A DNA stretch of 32,000 nt from Microcystis aeruginosa NIES-2549 (GCF_000981785.2 NZ_CP011304.1:3330001-3362000), one strand, 5' to 3'; shown: positions 1 through 9,615, numbered from the stretch's first letter. Made by a program: numbers and translations. Notes: a model not told the origin generated them from the letters alone.

Positions 1-1445
1 TCAAATTCACGAGTTTTTTGCTCTAAATCCGACCATTGCTCGTCAATAGTATCTCTGGTTTTTTGTAAATCCTCTTGTAGTCGCTTGATTTCTGCTGCTA
101 AACTTTGACTTTCTTGGAGATTATTTTGATAACTATCCCCCAGGAGAATTAACACTGGTTCAAAGCTACATTTTTGGTCATCTTCTGGGGATAAAATTCC
201 CTGTCTCTGGTGCAGAATTTTCAGATGTTGAGAGCGCATAGCTTGCCTTTCTCGAAGATTACGTCTTTGTCCGATCAAAGTTTCCTCCAGCATTCCTTTT
301 CTCTCCTGTTCCTCGGCTAATTCTTCTTCTAAATTAGCTCGCTCAAATTCATCTATTGTAGCCATTCTTGCTTCTAATTCTTCCACGGTTTGGCATTGGA
401 GAGTTAATTCTTCCTCTTGGTCGTTGACAAAAATTTCCCAGCGCTTGAGGTCTGTTTGTAAATTGTTAACTAAGCTCTCCAATTCTTCTAAAGGCATTTG
501 TTCAAGAGCTTCTAGATCGATTTTGCCATCAAAACCTAGTTCTTCCCCTCCGAGGAGACGAAGAAGCATTTGTCGAGTAGAATGAGTGGTTTGTAGGGTG
601 AGTTTAAGGCGCTCGAATAATTCCTGTTTTTGACTCAGAACAGTTTCTTGTATTTGTAGTTGTATTTTCGTTGTTTCCAAAGCACTGCGACTTATCTGTA
701 ATTCCCTGGCTCTTTGTTCGAGATGATTGAGCATTTGTTCGTTGGCGACCTGACGATTTTCTACAGCTTTTTTCTGCTCCTCTAAACTCTGCCAACAACT
801 ATTTAAAATTGTCTGTTGTCCCTGCACAGATTCAAGAGTTGAATAGAGAATTTGTGAGGGAGAATTGCCCAGATTGTGATTATTAGCTAAACTCTCCGCT
901 AGAGAGCGAATAAATTGTTGTTGTTCTGGGGAAAGATTGGGGGAGGAGTTGAAATTTATTTGTTCTTCTTCCAGGTGTCGCTGTTGCTCTGTTAATTGTT
1001 GTTTTAGGTTTTCCAGTTCTTGTCTTTTGCGCTCTAAATCATCGAATTCTGCTTCTATTCGCTCAATTTGCTCAATTCTTGCCTCCATTTCCATTTTCTG
1101 GCGGTTGAGAATCTCGCTTTGATAGGTGAGGGATTTTTTCCACTGATCGATTTTCTCTTGATCTTCCTTATTGCGCTCCATCAAACGGGAAATCTTTTGC
1201 AGTTGCCGCACCATCTCCGCTCCCGCTAATTCTGGGTTTCCTTGCAGTTGACGATTATCGCTCAAATTCACCAAGAGAAGCGCACCTTCACTTATGGGGT
1301 TAGTTTCGTCGTAGGTTAAGATATCGTTCCCCGCTATGGCACTCCACGTCTGATCTTTATGCTGACAGGCCAATAGTTTCAATTCGGTTTTGTAACCGCC
1401 GATAAAACCTTTAGTCTGTTTTTTTACTTCTGCAAGGTATAGCAC
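1..1445 (-). CDS. hmpF: Coiled-coil pilus motility/taxis protein, HmpF-like; N-terminal ~481 codons, and the gene continues past the left edge
   Basis: Absent from the ORF track because it has no stop in the window. Reverse-strand translation from GTG (1445-1443) reads MLYLAEVKKQTKGFIGGYKTELKLLACQHKDQTWSAIAGNDIL... It then continues as uninterrupted Q/E/L/K/R-rich heptad sequence (..EARIEQIERIEAEFDDLERKRQELENLKQQL..) down to nt 1. The MLYLAEV..ELKLLACQ N-terminus and the divergent position next to a pilG/H/I/J-type cluster fit HmpF as I remember it. Confidence 0.75.
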   Translation of the reverse strand, partial: MLYLAEVKKQTKGFIGGYKTELKLLACQHKDQTWSAIAGNDILTYDETNPISEGALLLVNLSDNRQLQGNPELAGAEMVRQLQKISRLMERNKEDQEKIDQWKKSLTYQSEILNRQKMEMEARIEQIERIEAEFDDLERKRQELENLKQQLTEQQRHLEEEQINFNSSPNLSPEQQQFIRSLAESLANNHNLGNSPSQILYSTLESVQGQQTILNSCWQSLEEQKKAVENRQVANEQMLNHLEQRARELQISRSALETTKIQLQIQETVLSQKQELFERLKLTLQTTHSTRQMLLRLLGGEELGFDGKIDLEALEQMPLEELESLVNNLQTDLKRWEIFVNDQEEELTLQCQTVEELEARMATIDEFERANLEEELAEEQERKGMLEETLIGQRRNLRERQAMRSQHLKILHQRQGILSPEDDQKCSFEPVLILLGDSYQNNLQESQSLAAEIKRLQEDLQKTRDTIDEQWSDLEQKTREF

Positions 1446-1994
1446 GAGTAGTCTTCCTCTGTGATGAAAGTTTTTGTAATCGGTTTTAGAGAGAGTTGGC
1501 GATCGAGGCTAGGAGCGGCCTGTCTATAGTTTCATTGTACCCATCGGCTGCCAAAAAATTTTTAGTTTCTATCATTCGAGTTTTTCTTTTTGAGACATAC
1601 ATTTGTTCTCAATTTTTACTCTTACCCACTGGAAAATTTTAAATTTTTGCAGATTTTTCAGCACCAATTTACTGACCTAGTCTCAAAAAATTCGGCAGTC
1701 AATCTCATAAATCGGCTCAGGTTTTCTCACCCCTTTTACCTCTGGCTGCAGTTTGAATAAGCTGACCACACATCTAAATGATTGGTTAAGACGGCGTGAG
1801 AGCGAGAGGCAAGGATAGAAAGCTAGACCTTTTGTACTGAAAATTTCCCAGCCTAGTTTAAATGCAGCAAAGCTTACTGAAAAATATCTCACATAATTAG
1901 CTTATCAGATTTATTATTAGTGACAAGAGGAAGGAAGACAGCGTTTCTCCTCAAGATGAAGTATGACGAGATTTGGCATCATCCCCAGACGACC

Positions 1995-2060
1995 AGCTAT
2001 CGTTCCAGTATTACCCAAAACCAGAGACTTCGCACCTCACCATTAAGATAACGGCTCTAA
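1995..2060 (+). repeat. Dispersed ~65-nt repeat, copy 1 (inverted copy at 26537-26600)
   Basis: The exact 26-nt core ACTTCGCACCTCACCATTAAGATAAC (2027-2052) recurs as its reverse complement near 26545-26572. Flanking bases (CGTTCC..CCC.AAAAC..) are also similar. Confidence 0.7.
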
Positions 2061-2112
2061 GTTCTTCTAGACTACAAGAAATAGCGTCTAGTGGGGGAAA
2101 TTCCGAGAAATT

Positions 2113-2485
2113 ATGCAAGGAAGCTTCAATGAGATTGACATTCCCAGTATTTTACAATTGATTGAATTAGGACAAAGAACAGGAGAACTATTGATGACGC
2201 TCTCAGTATTGGTGAAAAAGTCGGGAGTATTTTAGAAAATTCCAACTATTCCTGTGGTCTTTTCCCTGAGAAGCTCTCGCTCAGGCTATAGTGATCGAAC
2301 CTGCTTTCATTCTCTGGGATATCGCCCTACCAAAACTCGACGGTTTAACCGGTCAAGGGGGGCTGCTGGCAAGGGTAAAAGCCAAAATGGTCGGGGCAAC
2401 CGATTATTTAAACAAACCTTTGCGCGAAAATGAGTTATGACTGCTGTTGGAAAAATACGTTCAGGGGAATGGGGGAATGGGGTAA
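2113..2485 (+). pseudogene. pilG: Degraded PatA-type response regulator (pilG/hmpA remnant: PATAN/DUF4388 start plus receiver-domain tail)
   Basis: ATG 2113 gives MQGSFNEIDIPSILQLIELGQRTGELL, the characteristic start of a PATAN/DUF4388 domain, then stops at 2233-2235. A second frame (2270-2440) reads ..VIEPAFILWDIALPKLDGLTGQGGLLARVKAKMVGATDYLNKPLRENEL*, which carries receiver-domain motifs (D..LP..DG, AK.VGA.DYL.KP). A third frame continues LLLEKYVQG. Only about 370 nt is present where an intact gene of this type is roughly 1.2 kb. Confidence 0.6.
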
Positions 2486-2796
2486 TTAGCGTAATGACAG
2501 GATAGGGGAATTTCCACTAAAACCCTAAAACCCCAACATCCTCAAACCTGACACTAAACCCCAAACCCGAAAAAAAATCTCTTGGCTAGTCGTTTTTAAC
2601 AGTGGAATTGGGAACTATAGAGATAAAGCTTGAAAGGGGGAATGAATTCCTTCGTTGAGAGGGAAACCCCCGGATAAATTTCAGCGTGCGTTGGAGGCAA
2701 AAAATGGGAATAATTTCGGAGCATCGGGTCAAGGGGAACTATTATCGGGCATATTTGTTTATTGTTATCCTTGGCGGCCTAGCTAGGTAGGGAGTT

Positions 2797-3162
2797 ATGA
2801 GAGAAATATTGCTGGTAGAAGACAGCCAAGCGCAACGGGAACTGATCTGTGATCTGCTCCGCAATAGCGGCATTAAGGTCACGATCGCCAAAGATGGGGT
2901 GGAGGCCCTCGAACATATTCAGAGAGTCAATCCCGATCTCGTCGTCCTCGATATCGTCATGCCCCGCATCAATGGTTATGAGGTATGTCGTCGTCTCAAG
3001 TCGGATCCCAAAACCAAAAATATCCCCGTGATCATTTGTTCCTTGAAAGGGGAAGTCTTTGATCGCTATTGGGGCATGAAAATCGGAGCCGATGCCTACA
3101 TTGTCAAACCCTTTGAACCGATTGAGTTCATTTGCACTGTTAAACAACTGCTGCGCCGATAA
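2797..3162 (+). CDS. pilH: CheY-like single-domain response regulator (PilH/HmpB type)
   Basis: 121-aa ORF with a GGGAG Shine-Dalgarno upstream. Receiver motifs are LLVEDS, DLVVLDIVMP..NGYEV, ICS, and KIGADAYIVKPF. It lies in a pilG-H-I-J-type gene order. Confidence 0.85.
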   Translation: MREILLVEDSQAQRELICDLLRNSGIKVTIAKDGVEALEHIQRVNPDLVVLDIVMPRINGYEVCRRLKSDPKTKNIPVIICSLKGEVFDRYWGMKIGADAYIVKPFEPIEFICTVKQLLRR

Positions 3163-3344
3163 AATCGCCTTCACCGGTGACAGTCTAGCTATGGTATAGG
3201 TCAAGACAGCTAAAAAAGCTGACCGAAAATTTGGGTACAAGCCCCGCCATGCCCGCGCAGGGTCGGGCGGCTTTAAATAAATATGTATTGTCAACTTAAG
3301 GAATTTTGTGTTAAGATATTGATACTCGGTCAAGCAGTGTCAAA

Positions 3345-4568
3345 ATGTTTGTACTAGAATACAAAGTTAAGCCAAAACCTAATCAGATAGAAGCCATTAA
3401 TGAGGCAATACGGACAACTCAATTTGTTCGGAATAAAGTCCTGCGTTATTGGATGGATAATCGGGGTGTTGGCAAAACAGAGTTATTTCGGTACAACACA
3501 GCATTAAGGAAAGAGTTTAAATTTGTTGATGATTTAAACTCCCATGCTTGCCAGACTGCCGTAGAAAGAACCTTGCGGGCAATTACTCGGTTTTATGATA
3601 ATTGCCAAAATAAAGTTAAAGGAAAGAAGAACTACCCTAAGTTTAAAAAACATTCCCGTTCCGTTGAGTATAAAGTATCTGGATGGAAGCTATCAAAAGA
3701 TAAACGTCATATTACCTTTACAGATAAAAAAGGTATTGGCACTCTTAAACTGATTGGTTCTAGAGATATTAATTACTATCAACCAGACCAGATTAAACGG
3801 GTAAGAATCCTTAATCGTGCTGATGGTTATTATGTGCAGTTCTGCATTAAATTAGACCCCAGAGACAGGGTTAAACCTTTAACACCTTCCCAGAAAACCA
3901 CTGGGATTGATGTTGGATTAAAGTTTTTCTTAGTAGATAGCGAAGGCCATCAAATTGATTGTCCAAACTACTACAGAAAAGCTGAAAAACAACTAAACCG
4001 ATTAAACAGGAAAAAGTCAAAGAAATACCGTAAGGGTAAAAAACAATCTCGTAATTATCACAAGGCTAGAAAGCGATATGCTCGGAAACATTTAAGAGTA
4101 AGTAGGCAACGAGAAGAGTTTGTCAAGAGTGTGGCACTCCGTTTAGTTAAGTCTAACGACTTAATCGCCTATGAAAACTTAAATATCAAAGGCATGGTTA
4201 AGAATCGTCATTTAGCGAAGTCGATAACCGATGCAGGATGGTCTGTTTTTAGGCAATGGCTAGAGTATTTTGGGGACAAATACGGCAAGTTAACTATAGC
4301 TGTCTCACCTCATAATACGTCTCAAAATTGTTCTAATTGTGGACAAAAAGTCCAAAAGTCGCTATCTACTCGAACCCATGTTTGTCCTCATTGTGGATAT
4401 ACAGATTGTCGAGACAGAAACGCCGCTTTAAACATCTTGCAAAAGGGATTAAGTAGCGTGGGGCGCACGCAAACTTTAAACGCTTCGGGAGAGATTCCCT
4501 CTTGGTTGGTTGGAGAAATCCTGCTTGCTAACGGAGACTCAATGAACGAAGAATCCCCGTCTCTTTAG
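3345..4568 (+). CDS. tnpB: TnpB (OrfB_IS605) RNA-guided nuclease-type transposon protein
   Basis: 407-aa ORF with RuvC-like GIDVG, E in YENLNIKGM, and D in CRDRNAALNI. It has a zinc ribbon CSNCG..17 aa..CPHCG and a basic KKSKKYRKGKKQSR stretch typical of TnpB/OrfB. Confidence 0.9.
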   Translation: MFVLEYKVKPKPNQIEAINEAIRTTQFVRNKVLRYWMDNRGVGKTELFRYNTALRKEFKFVDDLNSHACQTAVERTLRAITRFYDNCQNKVKGKKNYPKFKKHSRSVEYKVSGWKLSKDKRHITFTDKKGIGTLKLIGSRDINYYQPDQIKRVRILNRADGYYVQFCIKLDPRDRVKPLTPSQKTTGIDVGLKFFLVDSEGHQIDCPNYYRKAEKQLNRLNRKKSKKYRKGKKQSRNYHKARKRYARKHLRVSRQREEFVKSVALRLVKSNDLIAYENLNIKGMVKNRHLAKSITDAGWSVFRQWLEYFGDKYGKLTIAVSPHNTSQNCSNCGQKVQKSLSTRTHVCPHCGYTDCRDRNAALNILQKGLSSVGRTQTLNASGEIPSWLVGEILLANGDSMNEESPSL

Positions 4569-4600
4569 AGCGGGGAGCGTCAACGAACTATTAGTTGCAA
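4420..4600 (+). ncRNA. Putative omega/right-end RNA of the TnpB element (position inferred, boundaries unknown)
   Basis: In characterised TnpB elements the guide RNA scaffold overlaps the 3' end of tnpB and the right-end hairpin. That hairpin is present here (4555-4575). No direct evidence of transcription is available. Confidence 0.3.
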
Positions 4601-4613
4601 GAGAACCAAACAA

Positions 4614-5144
4614 ATGCTTAACAACGCCGATTTTTTTGCTGGTGACGCTCAAAATATCACCCCCGACACTCAGGAATTACAAACTCCCGTCGGTGAACTG
4701 CACTTGCGATTTTATCTACCCTCTCAGGACGAGTTTGCCCTTAGTGCTGTGGGCATTTGCGAGGTAATACAGCAACCACTCGATCGCATTACCCCAATTC
4801 CCAATGCTTCACCCTTGCTCCTCGGTGCGATCAATCTCCGGGGTCAAGTGATCTGGGTGGCGGATCTCGGTCAATTTTTGGGGGATAAGAGCCGCTTAAA
4901 TACCGAACAAGCCGAAATTCCCGTAATTGTGATCGAAGAAGAGGAAACGATCCTCGGTTTAGGGGTGCAACGTTTGGGAGAGATGGAATGGCTCGACCTA
5001 GATCAACTAGGTAGTGCCGCCGGTATTCCCGATCAGATCGCCCCCTATGTGCAGGGAGAGTGGATTCTGGGCCAAGAATCAAAAAAAACCTTAAGACTAC
5101 TCGATCATCTGGCCATACTCCGTTCTGCCCGTTGGGCGGCTTAA
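4614..5144 (+). CDS. pilI: CheW-like coupling protein (PilI/HmpC type)
   Basis: 176-aa ORF. The stretch ..FALSAVGICEVIQQPLDRITPIPNASPLLLGAINLRGQVIWVADLGQFLG.. is a typical CheW domain core. It sits between pilH and an MCP gene. Confidence 0.85.
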   Translation: MLNNADFFAGDAQNITPDTQELQTPVGELHLRFYLPSQDEFALSAVGICEVIQQPLDRITPIPNASPLLLGAINLRGQVIWVADLGQFLGDKSRLNTEQAEIPVIVIEEEETILGLGVQRLGEMEWLDLDQLGSAAGIPDQIAPYVQGEWILGQESKKTLRLLDHLAILRSARWAA

Positions 5145-5237
5145 AAACCCAAAAAAATAGCAGAATAGCATTTATAGCAATTATTTCTTGAAACCACTAA
5201 CTACTTCACCACTTTATCTTTACTAGGGGAGGGGCAA

Positions 5238-7901
5238 ATGCCGTCAGGGAAAGAATACGCGAAACTCTATGGAAAGGCTAACACTGCCTATTGCCAGGGC
5301 AACCTCTCAGATGCCGCCGTCATTGTCAAAGACATGATCAGCAAGTATCCCGATGATGCCAATGTCATCCTTTTACAGGGACACATTTATCTAGGACTAG
5401 AACAATACAGCTTGGCAGAGAAACATTACGAAAAAGTGCTGGAATTGGCTAAAAATTCTCCCAATCGCTTTGATCTGGTGGATTATGCTCGACGGGGTCT
5501 CGATCAGATTCGGCAATTGCGTTTTGAACCCGAGGATGGAGATTTTACGATCGCTGTTACAGAAAGCATTGCCTACAGTGAGGCAGCTTTCGATCCCAGT
5601 CAAGGTTTCAGCAATTCTTTGTCTGGGCGGTCGCAAGGGGCTGATCCTGATCGGCAAAATGAGTCAATAGATTGGAATAGTGGTCTTTTCAATGAGGAGT
5701 ATCTCGGGGAGCCTACGGTGGGTACAGTCGATTCCTATGGCGATGATTTTGGGGAATCGGAGGAAACCGCCTTTGGTTCCCTTCCCCTGGCCAGTTCAGA
5801 CTCTCACGGTTCCCAGTGGTCTGGCGATTCTCCAGATGGAGAACTCCCTTTCCCCTTTTTAGAAGCAGCGGAGATTGACTCGCTGCCGGAAGGGTGGGGT
5901 GGTGGGTTAGGGTCAAGGGGAGAAGCCACTTTTATGACTTCCTCTAACTGGCGGGAAAATCCCGTCACTGGGAGAGATCAGGAGTTATCCTATCCCGATA
6001 CCCTAGAAACAAGCACTTTTGCCATTGACCCGAACCCGACCTACCGACAAGCGGCGAAAACTGGCCTTAATGAGGGCATAGTCACTCAAAAAAGATACGA
6101 GGAGGACCAAACCGGAGATTTTAGAGAACTAAAACTCAATGATGAGGATTTAGACGGTTTTTCCCCACTGCATCTGACGGATATAGCCGAAGAACTGGGG
6201 GAATCGGAGCTATTTACCCGTTCGGGAGAGGAAGCTTTAACTGCTGGTTTTGTCCCCGAACCCAGTGCGCGCCTTCATGCCAGTTCTGCTGTGGGAGAGT
6301 CTAGTTTTAATCCTTCTCGTCTAGAAATCCCCGATGACAAAAGAGATAGTCATCTTGGCCCTGTTTCCGAGCGCCTGCTCAAGCCAGTGGTGGAAGTCAA
6401 TCCGGGCAAATTAGCCTTTTTTGTCAATGCTTCTTTGGGCAAAAAACAACTAATCCTAGCGGCTTTAGCGGGTATTACCCCTGTAGTCTTGATTTTTGCC
6501 GTTAGTACCACCTCTTGGCTATTTTCTCTATCGGCTGCCAAACCGGGCCCGAATAGCAAGGAAAAAACCGAAAAAGTTGCCCCGAAACCGGCCCCAGCCA
6601 GCCTTTCCCTTTTTAGTCAACCGGTACTAACCATGATGTTATTAACCGGACTGGGAACCCTTGGCCTGACTTGGCTAGGTTTACAGTTGCTAATTAGTCA
6701 AATTAAGCGCAGTCTCAACGATCTGCAAAGCCAATTCGATCATCTCTCGGAAGGCAATTTTAACGCTAAAGCGACGATCTACTCGGAAGATGAATTCGGT
6801 CAACTGGCTAATCGTTTCAATCAGATGTACCGGGTGGTGCTAACTACCACCACGGAAGCCCAACGCCGCGCCGCCGAAACGGAACAGGAACGGGAAGATC
6901 TACAAAGGCAAGTGATTCGACTTCTCGATGATGTGGAAGGAGCGGCTCGGGGGGATCTGACCGTGGAGGCGGAGGTAAGTGCCGATGTGTTGGGGGCGGT
7001 GGCCGATGCTTTTAATTTGACTATCCAAAACCTGCGCGAAATTGTCCGACAGGTGAAAAAAGCGGCAAAACAGGTGAATCAAGCCAGTACCAATAGTGAA
7101 TCTTTCGCCCGCAATCAGTCTAGCGATGCCCTGCGGATGGCGGAGGAATTAGCAGTCACCCTTAATTCGGTACAGATGATGACCGACTCAATTCAACGGG
7201 TGGCAGAAAACGCCAGAGAAGCCGAAGAAGTCGCCCGCACTTCCTCGATTACCGCCCTGAAGGGGGGCGATTCCGTGGAAAGAACCGTGGCGGGAATTCT
7301 GCAAATCCGCGACACTGTATCAGAAACGGCGCGAAAAGTGAAGCGTTTGGCGGAAGCTTCCCAGGAAATCTCGAAAATTGTCGCAGTAGTCTCTCAGATT
7401 GCCTCGCGGACCAATTTATTGGCTCTTAATGCCTCGATTCAAGCAGCGCGAGCAGGAGATGCGGGCCGCGGTTTTGCAGTGGTGGCCGATGAGGTGCGTC
7501 AGTTGGCCGATAGAGCCGCTAAATCTCTTAAGGAAATTGAACAGATCGTTTTACAGATTCAATCGGAAACGGGTTCGGTAATGACGGCAATGGAGGAAGG
7601 GATTCAACAGGTTATCGATGTCACCGAGCGCTCGGAACAGGCCAAGAAGTCCCTAGAAGATATTATCCAAGTGTCTAACCGCATCGATACGCTGGTGCGC
7701 TCGATTACCGCCGATACGGTCAAACAACGGGAGAATTCTCTCAATGTCGCCCAAGTTATGCAGTCGGTGGAGTTAACCGCTCAGGAAACTTCCCAAGAAT
7801 CCCAACGGGTGGCCGGTTCTCTGCAAAAATTGGTTAGTATCTCCCGGGAGCTGCTGTCTTCGGTAGAACGGTTTAAGGTAGACTCAGAGGATGATCGATA
7901 A
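5238..7901 (+). CDS. pilJ: Methyl-accepting chemotaxis-like protein with N-terminal TPR, acidic low-complexity region, TM segments, HAMP and MA domains (PilJ/HmpD type)
   Basis: 887-aa ORF with a GGGGAGGGG Shine-Dalgarno. It has a TPR-like N-terminus, two hydrophobic segments (..[17 protein letters not shown].., ..[22 protein letters not shown]..) and a HAMP segment ([14 protein letters not shown]). It also has the MCP signalling hairpin [48 protein letters not shown]. Confidence 0.88.
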   Translation: MPSGKEYAKLYGKANTAYCQGNLSDAAVIVKDMISKYPDDANVILLQGHIYLGLEQYSLAEKHYEKVLELAKNSPNRFDLVDYARRGLDQIRQLRFEPEDGDFTIAVTESIAYSEAAFDPSQGFSNSLSGRSQGADPDRQNESIDWNSGLFNEEYLGEPTVGTVDSYGDDFGESEETAFGSLPLASSDSHGSQWSGDSPDGELPFPFLEAAEIDSLPEGWGGGLGSRGEATFMTSSNWRENPVTGRDQELSYPDTLETSTFAIDPNPTYRQAAKTGLNEGIVTQKRYEEDQTGDFRELKLNDEDLDGFSPLHLTDIAEELGESELFTRSGEEALTAGFVPEPSARLHASSAVGESSFNPSRLEIPDDKRDSHLGPVSERLLKPVVEVNPGKLAFFVNASLGKKQLILAALAGITPVVLIFAVSTTSWLFSLSAAKPGPNSKEKTEKVAPKPAPASLSLFSQPVLTMMLLTGLGTLGLTWLGLQLLISQIKRSLNDLQSQFDHLSEGNFNAKATIYSEDEFGQLANRFNQMYRVVLTTTTEAQRRAAETEQEREDLQRQVIRLLDDVEGAARGDLTVEAEVSADVLGAVADAFNLTIQNLREIVRQVKKAAKQVNQASTNSESFARNQSSDALRMAEELAVTLNSVQMMTDSIQRVAENAREAEEVARTSSITALKGGDSVERTVAGILQIRDTVSETARKVKRLAEASQEISKIVAVVSQIASRTNLLALNASIQAARAGDAGRGFAVVADEVRQLADRAAKSLKEIEQIVLQIQSETGSVMTAMEEGIQQVIDVTERSEQAKKSLEDIIQVSNRIDTLVRSITADTVKQRENSLNVAQVMQSVELTAQETSQESQRVAGSLQKLVSISRELLSSVERFKVDSEDDR

Positions 7902-7974
7902 TCGGTGAGCGGTAATCACTGGGTTATTGATTAGCCGCTATCCCTCAAGATTGACCGCTAGAGTGAGTAAAGTT

Positions 7975-9186
7975 ATGCCTAAACTTAGTCTCTGTATGAT
8001 TGTCAAAAATGAAGCCGAAAATCTCCGGCGCTGTTTGGATAGCGTTAAAGGGGTGGTGGATGAGATGATCGTTATGGATACGGGTTCGACCGATGATACG
8101 ATTGCTATTGCTAAAAGTTACGGTGCCATAGTTCCTAGCTACGATTGGCGGGGTAATTTTTCCGATGCCAGAAATGAGGCTTTAAAATATGTTACTGGTG
8201 ATTGGATTTTAGTTCTTGATGCCGATGAGGAATTAAATCCCGCTATCGTACCGAAAATGCGTCGGACAATGGAAAAAGAGGAAAATTTAGTTATTAATTT
8301 AATCCGCCATGAAATCGGAGCCGTACAATCACCCTATTCTCTAATTTCGCGGCTATTTCGCCGACATCCTCAAGTTACTTTTACCCGACCCTATCACTCA
8401 ATTATTGATGATAATGTGGCTATTTTATTAAAAAAAGAACCTGGCTGGAAAATAGTTGAACTGCCAGAAATTTCTATCTTTCACTACGGTTACACCGTCG
8501 ATAAAATAGCCAGCTTAGATAAGTTTGAACGGGCAAGAAAAGCGATGGAGGGCTTTTATCAGCAACATCCCCACGATCCCTATGTGTGCAGTAAATTGGG
8601 AGGGTTATATCTAAAGATTGGCAGGGATAAAGAGGGTTTTAAGCTGCTCAAACACGGTTTAAAATGCCATGGCTCTAATCCGCATATTTTATACGAGTTA
8701 TATTATCATCTCGCTAATTATTATTATTCGGTGGAGGAATTTAAGCAATCAGCAGATCATTTTATGAAAGCGATTAAGCAGCCAATTTTAGATAAATTAA
8801 AACTGGCTGCTTATAATAATTTCGGTGGGTTATTATACGAAGCAGAAAACTACGAAACTGCCTTATCTATCTTTGAGAAAACCGTAGAAATTGATCCTAG
8901 TTATGCCGATGGTTACTATAATTTAGGACTGGTTCTCAAACAACTGCACCGGCTACCAGAATCGATTAAAGCTTATAAAAAAGCTCTCAAGTTAAACCCC
9001 GATAATCCCGCTATTTACCAAAATCTAGGGGTGGCTTATATAGCTTTCGGTAGTTATAATGAGGCGATCGAGATTTGGCAAAAAGGCCTACAATTATTGA
9101 AAGATCAGGGTAATGTCTCTCGGGCTGAAATGCTGCAAGAAACCCTCAAAGCTCTGGGAGCAAGTCTATTGAGGGATGAACAATAA
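7975..9186 (+). CDS. Family 2 glycosyltransferase fused to C-terminal TPR repeats
   Basis: LSLCMIVKNEAENLRRCLDSV..MIVMDTGSTDDT..ILVLDADEEL is a GT2 (DxD) fold signature. The C-terminal half has TPR-like repeats (..AENYETALSIFEKTVEIDPSYADGYYNLGLV..AYKKALKLNPDNPAIYQNLGVAY..). The track ORF starts at a TTG at 7927, but the ATG at 7975 directly precedes the conserved N-terminus. Confidence 0.8.
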   Translation: MPKLSLCMIVKNEAENLRRCLDSVKGVVDEMIVMDTGSTDDTIAIAKSYGAIVPSYDWRGNFSDARNEALKYVTGDWILVLDADEELNPAIVPKMRRTMEKEENLVINLIRHEIGAVQSPYSLISRLFRRHPQVTFTRPYHSIIDDNVAILLKKEPGWKIVELPEISIFHYGYTVDKIASLDKFERARKAMEGFYQQHPHDPYVCSKLGGLYLKIGRDKEGFKLLKHGLKCHGSNPHILYELYYHLANYYYSVEEFKQSADHFMKAIKQPILDKLKLAAYNNFGGLLYEAENYETALSIFEKTVEIDPSYADGYYNLGLVLKQLHRLPESIKAYKKALKLNPDNPAIYQNLGVAYIAFGSYNEAIEIWQKGLQLLKDQGNVSRAEMLQETLKALGASLLRDEQ

Positions 9187-9615
9187 CTGTTCACCGTTGT
9201 CGCGAAGATTGGGAGCAGCCACTGTACTAAAATTCTCAATAGGCAGTTGAAATGTAGTACATCTGATTGCTAAAACCCTGTCTAGTCAACTCCTGTGAGA
9301 ATTTTTCCGAACTAATTCTTAATAGGATTATCGAGGAGTTAGACGCTGAAGACTTAGGGTTTTGATAGAAATGATCAAGAGATAATTGCTGCCGTGTAAT
9401 TGACCTTGACAAGAAATGCTATAATTTCTTGGTAAGGGGAGAATTAATCCCTCTCGGTGTTGCCGTCGCACAATTTTGTCGGTTACTGGTTCTCGTCAGC
9501 TTGTTTGTCAAAAATATACCCATTCCGGTTTGAATCGGTGCTGTTATGTCAAGATTCAGGGTTTCTGGCTGCAACGGAACTGAAAAATTAAATAATCTAT
9601 CCTTAGACAAAAATA

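Larger units (their letters stand above)
3166..4600 (+). mobile_element. IS200/IS605-family element carrying only tnpB (IS1341-like, no TnpA), inserted in the pilH-pilI spacer; ends are approximate
   Basis: It fills the whole gap between the pilH stop (3162) and the pilI start (4614). The left end has imperfect hairpins: GGTCAagaCAGCTaaaaaAGCTGACC (3199-3224) and a GC-rich one at 3241-3271. The right end has the hairpin CCCCGtctctttagagCGGGG (4555-4575), which encloses the tnpB stop codon. No Y1 (TnpA) ORF is present. Confidence 0.7.

Noticed and set aside
604-1122. Track ORFs 604-798 (-) and 937-1122 (+)
   Set aside because: Both lie inside the long hmpF reading frame, out of frame or antisense. 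They translate to low-complexity Ser/Arg/Cys-rich strings.
1683-2161. Track ORFs 1683-1892 (-) and 1973-2161 (+) in the hmpF-pilG intergenic region
   Set aside because: They have no motifs, odd composition and no Shine-Dalgarno. The second runs through a dispersed repeat and into the pilG remnant in another frame.
2779-3333. 184-aa minus-strand ORF antisense to pilH
   Set aside because: It is a shadow ORF of the strongly supported receiver-domain gene on the plus strand. It extends into the IS left end and has no recognisable motifs.
9400-9425. TTGACC/TTGACA and TATAAT hexamers upstream of the HTH-AAA_35 gene
   Set aside because: The spacers are only 14 and 8 nt, and the hexamer at the proper 17-nt spacing (TAATTG) is poor. 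I therefore do not call a promoter.
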